From assembly GCF_009914755.1 (NCBI RefSeq), contig NC_060927.1: 64,000 nt of DNA. One strand, given 5' to 3'. Of this stretch, positions 1-13,397 are shown in pieces. The first letter of the stretch is position 1. The number at the start of each line of letters is the position of its first letter. Source of the stretch: the human T2T-CHM13v2.0 reference genome, Homo sapiens. The position numbers and the translations under genes are program-made. The notes beneath the pieces are model-generated. The model did no database searches, was not told the DNA's origin, and worked only from the letters and a program-made list of their open reading frames with translations.

Positions 1-2583
1 TTATACAGGATGAAAAGCATCCAGTTCCTTCAATAAAAGACAATGCGACCTACTAATCTTGTCCTGCATGCAGAATACAATGCTCTGGCCTGATGTGCAA
101 CACAGCTACAGAAAGCAGTGCAGAGTGGGTGCACCCAAGAAGAGGGAAGAACTCAGAGCTGTAGTATCACCACCAGCATACCCTCATCTAGCAATTCTTT
201 CGTCTTAATTTATGGACTGAGTCAAGGACCACCTTCTAGGATCTGATGAAAACCATGACTGCCTCCCCTGAAAACCCATGTACATATGAACTGTTCACTT
301 AATTTCAGGGATAAACCTTTTTTTAATCAACTAAGCTGACTAGGCTCACTTTAAGAAATCTAGGGTAAATCCAAATTAAAACAAAAGGGCACCTTCAGAG
401 GCTGTTAGATGTTTTGAGTACAAGAATATACATTTTACTAAGAGTACTGACCATGTAAATCATTTCCCTAACAGTTCCCCTATATAAGGTGGCATTTACA
501 AACATTCTACTTACATATAACCTCCTAGTAACAAATCTACTGTTTTAAGTAAGTTACATCTGCATGTAAAAGTAGACAAACGTAATGATGTCTTTCCATG
601 GCTTAAGATAAAATGTTTACATTTCCAACGTAATACACAATTCTCCTCATAGCCAAAGGCAGAATAAATTTTGCCATAAAGGCTCTTTCTCTTTGTTTCT
701 GTGTAAAAGGAAGATTACACTCTTTATAATCTCCTCACATTTAAGTATTACATATTATAAATGTTGGAGCACTGAAACTAAAGGGGAAACTGTCACATAA
801 CTAACCACTTCTGTGGAAATTACACACAAAAATCTCATTCACCTAACAATCCCATGGTGATGCCACTATTTTTAATGAAATGTAGTGCCACAAAAATAGA
901 TCTCGAACTCTCAGGGTAATGAAAATGGTAAACAAACCACTTTTTCAATTTCTTAAAAACTTGATTTTTTTCAATGCTAGAATACAAGTGTTTTCAATTA
1001 AATGTTTTAAATGGCTGGTGCAAAAGGTAACATAAGCCTTATTTGGTGGTGGTGAGGGTGTTAGTGAGTAGAAAGGGGACAAAAGCAGAACATCTGGCTT
1101 TAACAGAGGTGGAACTGGGCAAGGCATTTAACCTTCTTATGCCTGAGGGGTAATAACAGCACCCTCCTCATAGGATGGCTGTGAAGAAACAGGGAGACAG
1201 CACAGATCAAGTGCTGAGCACCACACCTAAGCCCACTATGGAAGCTCCGCACCCAGTCGTTTCATTTGTACGTGCCATGTTACCTCAGTGACTATCTCAG
1301 CAACCCTTCTAGATGAGAACTGTCAACATATTACAGAAAAAGAAGCCAAGCCCAGAAATGCCAGGTCTGTTATTTGAGGTCTCATGACTTGAAGGTGGTG
1401 GAACTGGGATTAGATTTCAGATCTTTCAGACTCCTGAGCTTCATGATTATTTGTATGGCACTGATGAAGGCACCAGAGATATGCAGAGGCACAGGATGGG
1501 ATATTGGCACTGACTTGATTGCCTTGAGATGTACTGCCTTTTATTCCATGGTGGAACTGATCGAAGTGAGGTCAGCCAGAAACAGGCAGTTACCTATACG
1601 CACAACAGATTGTACAATCATTTCTATCAGAGAGCATTTTGGAGCACTGGCAATGGTACCAAAGGGCTTGGGTTTTGATGACCCTGAGATATGATCTTCT
1701 GTATGTCACTAAACCCATCAGTGAGATGGGGGTAATACCCATCTCAGAAGGTTGCTGAGAGGATTAGATGAGATAATCAAAGCTTTCTATTTCTGCATAC
1801 TGTCTTGCAATTACTATTATTGCCTACTATGTTTCCTCCTCCCTTGGTACCTTAAATATTCAGATATCTGGATTCTGTTTTTTGAGGCTTTCTCATCTCT
1901 GATAGGAATTTAGATACCCTGATCTTTAACAATCTCATATAAGGGACTGTAGTAGACTCTAAAGAGGAACTATGCATGCTGTTATAAAATAGAGAGGTGG
2001 GATTAAGGGAGGCAGGCCCAGTGTGACAGTGGCTTAAGAGGTGGCCATTAGTCAGAGAGAGGGGCAGACCTGTCATTTGTCACTACTGGCTTTTGTTGAA
2101 CATTGACAAAGGGATGTCTGTGCACAGGGCGTGTGCCATAGTTGTCCAAACCCTAGGAGAAGACATCAAATTCATCATGCAACCTCCAGTACATGGTGTG
2201 TATCTCTGTGTGTCCTTGCAAATCCATTCCCCCTTCTAGAAGTCCCTCCCATCTTCCCTATAATGACATGTCCTGCCTTTTCTTCAAAGTCCACCTCAAA
2301 CTTACCACGTCTAAGCATCAGCTTCCCATTAGCAGTCTTCCCTCCAGTAGCACCTAGTTGTTGGGTCCCTCTTGCTTTATCTCTCACTCTTGGACAATAA
2401 TTCAATGATGAGGCTCAGAGACTGAATGTTTCCTGAAACTGCACTGTTCTACCTGGCACCAAAGGTGCCAGGTTCTAAATATGGTGCTCAAGGTGTTTGG
2501 GTTCTAAATATGGTGCTCTATTCAAAGTATTCTTATCACTTTGAAACCCCACTGCTCCTTGCTAATGTTTCTGAAATCACTAG

Positions 2584-3076
<493 letters not shown>

Positions 3077-4239
3077 AGAACTGTTTTTACATGAGAGAGC
3101 AGGTAACTGGCTAAGTGACCAATGTGAGGCAAGGGCTTTCCTGCTACCACTAGGGCTGATTTTTATCCCCTAAGGAATAAATGTAGGTGAGATATTTCCC
3201 AGATGAAGATTTAAGAGATACTAATATGATTAACCGGATCTTAGATTGAGAAGTGGTAGGGGCAGGTGAAGAGAAATTAACATTCATTGATGGTCTATTA
3301 AGAGCCAAGTTAATTTTCTTAAAAAGCAAAATGAAGATTGCACAGAAATATAATCAAGGATCCTCTTTGGCATCCAGCTGCCAGAATGGCTGAAGACCCA
3401 AAACTCAGCACTGGGAGAGGAACATTACTTAGGAAAATCTAAGGGTAAGACTAGGCAAATTTGCATATTACACTAAAGACAATTCTTGAGGCCAATAAAT
3501 AGTTCTCTTAAGTGAACTGAGTAAGCGTGGCACAGAGTTCTGAATCTTTACTGATCTCTACTCTTTGGCATATTATTCTCCTAGCACTTATCACCCTGTG
3601 CGCCAGAGAGTAACATGGAAGCATGACACCTCCCAGTAAAATCTGTCATAATCATGATATGGCTATAACATTAGGGTCAACCAAAAAAGGAGACTTTACA
3701 CATATTTTTAAACTTGAAAGGTCTCTAAGTTCCAGTAATGGTTAGATGCCTTTGCCAGAATATGTACTTCTAAAAATAAAAACAGAAACATAGCTGATGC
3801 CTTAGTCATATGAAATAATCTGGGGTTTTGCCATCATGCCCTTACTTGGGAGCTAAGAGATAGGACAGCAGTTTGGGTGTGACTGCCTTAAAATTACATC
3901 ATTTAGTCAAGTAAGACTCTTTGAACTGGGCTTAAGATAAATATATATGTTGTGCATTTCAGGCCATAAAGGTTTTGCTGACATGAGGAGTGAGTAAAAG
4001 TTAAGTGCCATTCTGCAGCTAGAATGTAAACATGGTCCAAGGCAATGAACATCAGCCTTTAAATCCTGGTCTGCACCTCCCCTGGCTCATATGCTCTTGT
4101 CCTCAGCATGAGATGCTTGTGGTGGCTCCAAAGCCCTTGAGCTACCTGTAGTAAGCCTGTTTCCACAGACGATGAGGTAGATGGGTTTTGTGGCTATTGG
4201 ATCATTAGCTAAAGAGAGTTGGGACTGGAGAACATGGAG

Positions 4240-4492
4240 AGGCAGCCTGGTGTGAAAGGATGAAAACAGGCTGTAGAATCAGACAGAGCTGGGACTGAAT
4301 CCTGCCTGGTTCTGCTATTACCTAGCTGTGTAACCTCCCACCAAGTATGCAGAGCATGCTAAGTCACAATTTCCTCCACTGTACACTAGGGATACTCTCT
4401 CTCAACTTGCAGACTTAGTGGGAGATTAGAGATACTGTTTGTGAAGTACCTGGCACTCAATCTGGCACATAGGAACTAATGGCAGTTGCTAT
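4240..4492 (+). mobile_element. MIR SINE, near full length
   Basis: ggcagcctggtgtg...gctgtgtaacct...aatttcctccactgt...tggcacatagg resembles the MIR consensus. Confidence 0.7.
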
Positions 4493-4700
4493 TGTATGTG
4501 ACAAGTATATAAGCTTCATCCTACTGTTGTGTTAAATGCTCTACCAGGAATGAAATGACACAAAGGACATTTGCCCCTTTCAAACTGGGAAGGCTGGTAA
4601 GTTGGTATTTTGGTCTTCTATAATAGAGTCTTGCCTGCATAGCAAAGCTGCCAAGTATGACTATAATTGTTAGAAATGATCAGACTTTTATTTAGATATT

Positions 4701-5010
4701 AAGTTGGAAACCATCATTCTCAGCAAACTAACACAGGAACAGAAAACCAAACACTGCATGTTCTCACTCATAAGAGGGAGCTGAACAACGAGAGCACATG
4801 GACACAGGGAGGGGAACATCATACACTGGGGCCTGTTGGGGGGTGAGGGGCTAGGGAAGGGAGAGTATTAGGAAAAATACCTAATGTAGATGATGGGTTG
4901 ATGGGTGCAGCAAACCACCATGGCATGTGTATACCTATGTAACAAACCTGCATGTTCTGCACATGCACCCCAGAACTTAAAAGTATGATTGAAAAAAAAA
5001 AAAAGAAAAG
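4701..5010 (+). mobile_element. L1PA (about PA7-8) 3' end, 5'-truncated, with poly(A)
   Basis: ggaaaccatcattctcagcaaactaacacaggaacagaaaacc..., G-rich 3'UTR, ...cagaacttaaaagtat followed by an A tail. Confidence 0.92.
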
Positions 5011-5705
5011 AAATCCAACAGAACTATTACTAACCAGAAAAGTCTCTTCCTTACTGAATTAGAAGAATAAAGACATCATTGAAAAGCTTGGAGCCTAAGT
5101 GAGGATATCCTTAGTGGGAATGCTACCCCCTGTGGGAGTGCTACAACGCCAAGGCAGCCACTGGGGGCCACTGTGGTCACCCTTCAATACAGCTTGCAAT
5201 ATCTACATCCAGCAGTTAAAAGAGACAGAGAAACCAAAATGCTAATACACTTTGAAGTCAGAGTAAGTTTACCAAAGATGATGGACTTGGTATTAAATTT
5301 TTTTAAAAAAAGAAAGAAAATAATTCAATTTGGGTTCCTCCTGTGGAAAAGCACATAAGAAAAAGGGAAAGAACCAGAAAATGGAAAGCAAAATGATGAA
5401 AGTTGGACAGTCTGTACTGAGGCCCTATTATTGGAGTGGTGGCATCCTGGCCTGAAGAGGGATAAGCTAGTGTGTAGTTTGCTAAGTTTTTCTAAATAGG
5501 TATAGGGTTGGTATAAGGAAGATGCTGACCAATTGTTGCAAGTCTTCCAATAATAAAACCAGGGGGAAACAACTTCAACTAGAACAAGGTGATGGAGGCT
5601 GAAAAAGAACTTCTGAATTTCAGAGGATTGCAGGCTACATCAGGATGCTAGGGGAGGCAGTGGGCTCTCTGCCCAGAGTTTAGGTGCATGCATGTTTGAA
5701 GCATG

Positions 5706-5765
5706 GGGTTATGAATATGTTAACAGGGTTATGAATATGTTAACATGTTTATGAATATATTAGCT
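5706..5765. repeat. 20-bp minisatellite, 3 copies (GGGTTATGAATATGTTAACA x2 plus a degenerate copy)
   Basis: Exact copies at 5706-5725 and 5726-5745; tgtttatgaatatattagct at 5746-5765. Confidence 0.9.
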
Positions 5766-6245
5766 GAATCATGTCTAAATAATTTAAGTTCTCTTACTCC
5801 TTACTGCTCAGAATCTGTCAAGGGCCAGTAACACCAAGTCATTCAAAGTCTGCTAGAAATGGAGAAGTTCAGGTCCCACCATCAGACCTACTGCATCGGA
5901 ATCCTATTGAGATGGCATCTTAAATTTTTTTTTTTATTTTTAAATTTTTGCAAGTACTTAGTAGGTGTATATATTTTTGGGTTACATCAGATATTTTGAT
6001 ACGGGCATGTAATGCATAATAATCACACCAGGGTGAATGAGGTATCTCCATCACCTCAAGCATTTATTCTTTGTGTTACCATCATTCTACTCTTTATCTC
6101 CATGAGTTCAATCGTTTTTATTTTTAGATCCCTCAAATAAGAGAGAACATGAAAAGTTTGTCTTTCTGTGCCTGGCTTATTTAATATAATGACCTCCAGT
6201 TCTATGTTGTTGCAAATGACAGGATCTCATTCTTTTTATGGCTGA

Positions 6246-6553
<308 letters not shown>

Positions 6554-6837
6554 TAGTGCTCCATTCTTTATATATACCACATTTTCTTTATCCATTCATC
6601 TGTTGATGGACACTTAGGTTGCTTCCAAATGTTAGCAATTGTGAACAGTGCTAAAAAAACATGGGAGTGCAGATATCTCTTCGATATACTGATTTCCTTT
6701 CCTTTTGAGTATATACCCTGGAATGGAATTGCAGGATCATATTTTTAGCTCAATTTTTAGTTTTTAGGAACCTCCAAACTGTTCTCTATAGTAGCTGTAC
6801 CAATTTATGTTCCCACCAACAATGAACAAAAGTTCTC

Positions 6838-7128
6838 TTTTATTTATTTTATTTTTTTAGAGATAGGGTCTTGCTCTCTCACCTAGACTGGAGTGCAGTG
6901 GCATGAGCATCCGCCACCTCCTGGCACAAGTGATCCTCCCAGCTCAGCTTCCTGAGTAGATGGGACTACAGACATATGCCACCATGCCCAACTAATTTTT
7001 AATTTTTTTTTTTTAATAGAAACTAGGTCTCCTCTGTTATCTAGACTGGTCTTGAACTCCTGAGCTTAAGCAATCCTCCTGCTTCGGCCTCCCAAAGTGC
7101 CAGGATTATAGGCATGGCCATGCTGGTC
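6838..7128 (-). mobile_element. AluJ
   Basis: Diverged dimeric Alu with gatcctccc and caatcctcc J-type positions; TSD-like aagttctcttt / gggttcccttt. Confidence 0.9.
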
Positions 7129-7137
7129 AGGGTTCCC

Positions 7138-7301
7138 TTTTTGGAGACGTCATCTTGATATGTTGCACAGGCTGGAGGGCAGTCGCTATTCACAGGCCGG
7201 ATCACAGCACACTGCACCCTCGAACTCCTGGCCTCAAGTGATCCTCCCACCTCAGCATTCCCAGTAGCTGAGACTATAGGCACGTGCCTCCAACATCAGA
7301 C
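7138..7301 (-). mobile_element. FAM (fossil Alu monomer)
   Basis: Minus strand ...gagttcgagggtgcagtgtgctgtgatccggCCTGTGAATAGCgactgccctccagcctg... keeps the 7SL-derived GTGAATAGC segment that FLAM, FRAM and dimeric Alus lack. Confidence 0.85.
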
Positions 7302-8681
7302 TCCAGAATCTTCATTTTTAACAAGATCTTCAGGTGAATTGTATCTTTTCCTCCTATAGAGGACTCTGCTACCCGCAATAAAAAGCGTATTTAAAATTCT
7401 TAAAAATAATCACGAAACTCTTTTTTCATAGTGTAGTTGACAGAGAGAAAGCTGTCTGGTGATCACATTTTCTTCCTCACTTTTTCAAATGTCATTTGTT
7501 AATTGCCCTATTGAACATTTCCAAAGATATTCATTGAAAGTTGTTTTTATAAACATCAGAAAATTAAGTTTATAAAGTTCTTATGGAGGCAAATAAACTG
7601 ATGTTCAAAACTGGCCTCCTTTTTCAGCTAATTCATGCATAAATATTATGACAAGTACAAAATCAGTTACGATGGGTGCAATAAAATAACAAGATTTGAA
7701 ATCCTACTGCTGATTCAAGTGTGGCCTCAGTAGACTAATCAGTGAAAGAGAAGCCAAGGACTAGATTCAGGTCTGGACTCTCGTTGCCAGCTAGCTGGAA
7801 GCGTCACTCACCCTTCCTGGGCCTTGGCTTCCTCATCTGCAAATAAAGAACAGCTAGGTTGACTTCTAGGGCTTTTACATCTTTAATATTCTACGATCCT
7901 ATGAGCTACAGTACTCTCAACAGAAGCATGGGAAATCAAATTTTCCTTCATTAATTGCATTTAACCATCTAATTATCTGTATGACTCATCAATGAAAGGG
8001 CAAGCTGCTGGAAACCAAGGTGTCCAAATACCAAACAGATGAATGGAAACACTTCCATTGGGAGCAGGAGGGTATGGGCATTAGAGCCCAGAAGGATGAG
8101 CAGCTCATGTATTCCCTGTAAACAGCTGGCAGCTCAGCCCAGCTGCTCACAGATCAGACTAGCGTAGGTTGCTCACCCACGTGCAATTATGTGTGAAGTA
8201 CGGCATATCTAAAAATAGCCTAAGCTCAGCCACAGAGATTAATACTGTCAATGGCTTTCAACTCACTGTCAGGATGACAAGGAGAGTAACCATAGCAACA
8301 GAAAAATCAACATGTAAAAAACCTCTTCTAAAGCTGACAGGAAAAGTTTAGGTTTAATAAAACATATTTTCAATTCCTGTCTCTAAACCTTTGAATTCAA
8401 ATAATTCCATCACTTGGAGGTAATAAAATTAGAATTTTGGTAGTTTTGGCAACACAAATGGCCTTCTAGTTTTGGGTTCCAAAACTGTGAGGAAATACTG
8501 TTAACCTGTCAATTTTATTATCTCTATAATTAAAGGGCCATTTGACCAAATGTCATTAAATAATTTTTAACTGAAAGGATTTTCTCTACATTTGTTCTGC
8601 TATCAGTTATAAAAACAGCCTTAAATAGTACTTGACATTTTAAGATACTTATTGCATGTGTGACAAAAACATAGGGCGATA

Positions 8682-9130
8682 TAGTAATAGCAAAGATAGA
8701 GAAGCAACCTAAGTGTCCGGCATTGGATGGATGACTGGATAAAGAAAATGTGCTACATATATAAAATGGAATACTATTCAGCCATAAAAAGAATGAAATC
8801 ATGTCTTCTGCAGCAACATGGATGGAACTGGAGGCCATTATGCTAAGTGAAACCACTCAGAAATAGTCAAATTCTGCATGTTCTCACTTACAAGTGGGAG
8901 CTAAATAATGTGTATATATGGACATAGAGCATGGAATAACAGACACTGGAGACTCAGAAAGGTGGGAGGGTGGTGAGGGATGAGAAATCACTTAATGGGT
9001 ACAATGTACACTATTTGGGTGATGGTTCCACTAAAAGCCCAGACTTCACCACTGTGCAGTATATCCATGTATCAAAAGCGCATTTGTACCCCTTACATTT
9101 ACACCAAAAAAAAAAAAAAAAAAGAAAAGA
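8682..9130 (+). mobile_element. L1PB (PB4-like) 3' end with poly(A)
   Basis: gcagcaacatggatggaactggaggccatt...aaaagcccagacttcaccact... then an A tail; TSD-like aaacatagggcgat / aaacataaggtgtgat. Confidence 0.9.
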
Positions 9131-11011
9131 AAACATAAGGTGTGATGGAGTTCTCTCGATATGAATGGAACTTTGCGAAAATAATTAACATTAGGAAAGG
9201 ATCTGGAGAAGTAACTCCTAGAGTAAGTTTCTGAGACAGCTCTCACAGCCACCTCAGTAGCCTGTACCCCAGTGCATAATGGAGGCTCAGTGGCCCTCAT
9301 GTCACTAAGTGCCCCAGAGGCATCATTAAGTTCTGACATAGCTATTCTTGCTCAAGGAGCTCACACACCTCATCTTAGAACTAGCACATCCCAAATTCCA
9401 GCATCGTTTTGCATCATTTGATAGAGGAATATTCAGTTGGGTACTGGGAAATGTGGTACTAGTCCAGCTTTTCAACTAACCAGTTGTAGACTCTGGACAA
9501 GTTATTACTCAGCTCTACGGCCATGGGCTGGAAGAGTCTCTCAGATTCTTCCCTGAGAAGAGACAGTTAAAGAGTTAAAAGGAAAGATGAGATGACTTGT
9601 GTTTAATACCCACTTTGGGCCATTCCTGATACTAGGGTTTAAAAATATTTTTTGGCAAGGAACTGGCAAGATAGATGGAAATGTCAAGTACATATGTGTC
9701 GACATATGAGGACACATTCATAAGCAGGCTGAGTTAAGGGACAGGGCCTGGGTTCAACCCTAGATCTGTTTGATGCCTCATGAGGTTGTCTGTTTCTCAG
9801 ACACCACTTCACCACCCTTACAACTGGCTCTGCCTGCTACGTATACAGGTTGACCCCCCAGTGCTAGTTACATGCACTGAAGCCATCCACAGATTTTCAG
9901 GGCATGTCTTCTATTTTCTAAGCATAGAAGATTAGGTCCCTTGGAAAGTCCCTCTATAACCTTCCTTTTACCTAGGCAACCACTGTTAACAGTATTTTCA
10001 GGCCAAATATATACCATTTTGCCATCTGTTTTTATCACCTAATAATCTATCACTAATATCTACTTATATTAACATTTTAATCTTTATAAAGATTGAATTA
10101 TATTATACTATATTATATTCAATCCCTTACTAATGAACACCTTAGTCCTTCCAATTTTGTTCTCCTTTAATAATGAGAAAGAGAAACACATCTATGGAAA
10201 AAATAAGGGTATTAAAATAATTTCTTAAGAAGCCATAATATGTTAAAAAACAAATCAAGAGCATCAAGTCAACTTAATCTTCGTGTTTTCCTTGAATCTT
10301 TGCTTAGAATCAAAGTTGCCTACAATCTAGGAGCATCTTTTAATTAACCATTGTTGTATTGTGCATTTGAAGTGAAATGCATCTGTGGGCCGTGGAGCCA
10401 GGAATTCTTGGTAGCATCCCTTAATCCCACTTTAAAAACGCAGTCATGCTATTTATATGAGGGAAAAAAAAGTCAACAGCTATGTGAACGAGTTCTGGCT
10501 GAAAGTGAAACGTACACACAAAAACAAATCTAGTTTTGTGGTTAGCTGAAAATTCACAGCTGGTATAGGCTTTTCTTTCCATTTTAATTAAAGTGTTTCC
10601 CCCTCCCATGCAATGAGAAAATGCTCTTTCAGTGCTGATTGAAAGACCAAAGTCAGAGCAAAAGCTGTTTGAAAATTCCGAGGCTTAAGTAAAGCTGCTT
10701 TAAAAGTTGCTGTGTGTACCAAACAACTTGGGAATTTCCTAGCAGGATTCTGTGGAGTTCCAGTAAATCTTTCTCCCCATCACTTCTTTGCTCTCTTACT
10801 TTGGTGAAAACTAAAGTCAAGTAATGCAAAGGTCATCCAAGTAGCCAGAAAAGCAAAAACTATACATTCATTTTAAAATTAAAATTATATTTAAACAAGT
10901 AACCATAATTAGTCATATACAACTATATAAGCTATCTGTTTATTAGTTCTTTTTGGTGTATTTTAAAGTGCAATGATATTAGATAATATAAGATTCATGT
11001 AAAATTAGGTC

Positions 11012-11633
11012 TGTAACTTATTACCCCCATTTTTCTAAGAGAAAGAGAATGAGTTGTGTTTTTTTTTAAATTATTATTTTCTTCTTTTCTCTTTCCTCCC
11101 TTTGCCTTGTTCTCCATTTCCTACCTAGCTCTTTAAACGCAATCTTTACCTGCCCTTTACCAGACACTCCCTACAGGGCAAGCTTACCTAACTATGTGCT
11201 TGCTTAGAAGCTCCAGGACTGGAAATCTCTCCCACCCAGAGATTTCTCTGAGACAACAGTCACTTTGCAACCTCCAGTATGCCTGAGATGAAACTCTCCC
11301 CCCAACTGGAGAGTATCTCAGACAACAGTCACTTTACAACCTAGCTCTGCCTGTGCTGGCGCCAGCTTAACCACCTGGAAGATAAGGCAATGAAGCCACG
11401 GACACAGACCTTTAACTGCTCGTTCCTTCCCTGTTTGCTGTTCATGCCAAGTCCCCCTTTAAAAGCCTTTGTTTTCTGTCCCCAAAGTGAGGTGGTATCT
11501 TTAAGGGCAGAAGTCTGTACTTCTTCCCCTAAGCTAAGCTATGGAATAAAAAGTCTCCTTATACCAGCCAGAACTCACTCTTGTTAATTGGACTCTGCAA
11601 GTGGTAAGCGACCGAACTGGCGACTTGGTTATA
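11012..11633 (+). mobile_element. ERV1-class solo LTR (subfamily uncertain, possibly MER72/LTR47-like)
   Basis: TGTAAC...GTTATA termini, 4-bp TSD GGTC (11008-11011 and 11634-11637), TATA-like ccctttaaaagc at about 11456, AATAAA at 11545-11550, internal repeat agacaacagtcacttt(g/a)caacct. Confidence 0.85.
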
Positions 11634-12709
11634 GGTCTATATGAATTTTTAAAAATGATCATCAAGCAGCTTATTAAGAGAGTCTGTAAGAGGTGGATCA
11701 AATGTGACAGGGGTAATGTTTCTTGCTGTGATGAGAGATACTACCCTATCAATCATCTACCAGGGTTTCTCCTGCTGTTTTTCCCTCTTGAGCCCTTTCC
11801 CTGCAGGAGTGGTTGAGATGGTAGGAATATGGCTGAGGGTAGAACAGGACCCAGCCAGCTGCTAATAAGACACTGTCAGGCAGCCAGCCACTTAGATCAG
11901 CATCTCTCCAAATCTTTTAAGAGAACATTTATTATTTTACTGAGGCCAGTACGGTTTAGGCTATATCCAAATGACAGCCGTTGTTACTTGTAATGGCTTA
12001 GAGCTTGCTGGGGTTTGAAGGCAGAGAGTTTACCTCCAACGAAGGCCCCAGATGCCTTGGTGGATTCTCTTTGGTTTCTCCTCACAGGTGGGATGCATCC
12101 TGATTTCTTATAATACCTGGTATTGCCATTTCTCAACACTACAGAGCAGCACATTGGCCATTTCCATGAGTACATGTCTTAATTTCCTAATTTATTCATA
12201 AGTTACCAATCTTAGACACTGGACAGTGAAGAAACAAAGGCTGTCCATAAATGGGCTAAAAAATGGTAAAATGGTGCATGACAAAAGCTTTTGTAAGCAG
12301 CATGGAGTTACTGAAGTGATTCATACATGAGTCAGCATAAAGTATCTCTAATGTGAGATATAGCACCTTTACAAATGCAGAGCAGTGCCTGAAGACTTTC
12401 CAATGTGACATGCATGACCCACATGCAAAATGAACTTCAAACTGGGACATTTCTTAGAATATAAGCACAGTCAGAAGTAAGAAAAGGTCATGCATTTCAG
12501 GCAGGTGGTTAAAAAACACATTTTTATAAAAAAACAAAGAATTGTCAAAATAATAATCACATTAGTGATTACTGACAGGTTGGCACAGCAATATAGCTGA
12601 TTATTTGATCTTGAAAACTCAATATTTCATTTTGGTCTGAGGTAAGTAGACATTTACAAAGGGCAATATACTAGGAGTTGAGATTTGTAGTCAGATTGCT
12701 TTTAAAGAA

Positions 12710-13030
<321 letters not shown>

Positions 13031-13034
13031 TTAT

Positions 13035-13255
13035 AATCGGATTGCTTGATTTTGAATTTCCACTCGATTTACTAATGATATAATCTTGGGGCATTTTCTT
13101 AATCCCTCTATGCCTTGGTTTCTTCATCTATATAATGTAGAGAGTGAGAGTAAGAGTACTTCTATTATATAGCTGTTGTAAGGATTAAATAAGGTAATTC
13201 ATGTAAACAGCTTAGCACAAGGCCTAGAACAAAGTATTGCTAGTGGCTATTATTG
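13035..13255 (+). mobile_element. MIR (3' part)
   Basis: cttaatccctctatgccttggtttcttcatctata...gttgtaaggattaaataagg...cttagcacaaggcct. Confidence 0.8.
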
Positions 13256-13297
13256 TGATGAGTCTCATCGTTCCCAGGGCCAAAGTAATTCACTTAC

Positions 13298-13397
13298 CAA
13301 GATGAGTGTCCATCACCTTTGCACAGTATTTGCACATGGCATCCAGGTCATTCAACTGCCCTTGAAGGAAGGAAATTTGGGCTTCTAATTCTTCTTC
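13298..13397 (-). CDS. TBC1D5: TBC1D5 coding exon, 100 nt (phase 0 to 1), EEELEAQISFLQGQLNDLDAMCKYCAKVMDTHL
   Basis: Acceptor ccctttattttag|GAAGAAGAA and donor CATCTTG|gtaagt. 33 codons plus 1 nt. Joins in frame to ...MGRKES to give the TBC1D5 sequence ...GRKESEEELEAQISFLQGQL... Confidence 0.96.

Noticed and set aside
5121-5175. CTCF-like G-rich words (cccacagggggtagca on minus; ccactgggggcc)
   Set aside because: Several mismatches or a gap in core positions; not supportable without a PWM scan.
7138-7301. Possible 7SL RNA pseudogene
   Set aside because: It lacks the 7SL S-domain; length and junction fit FAM.
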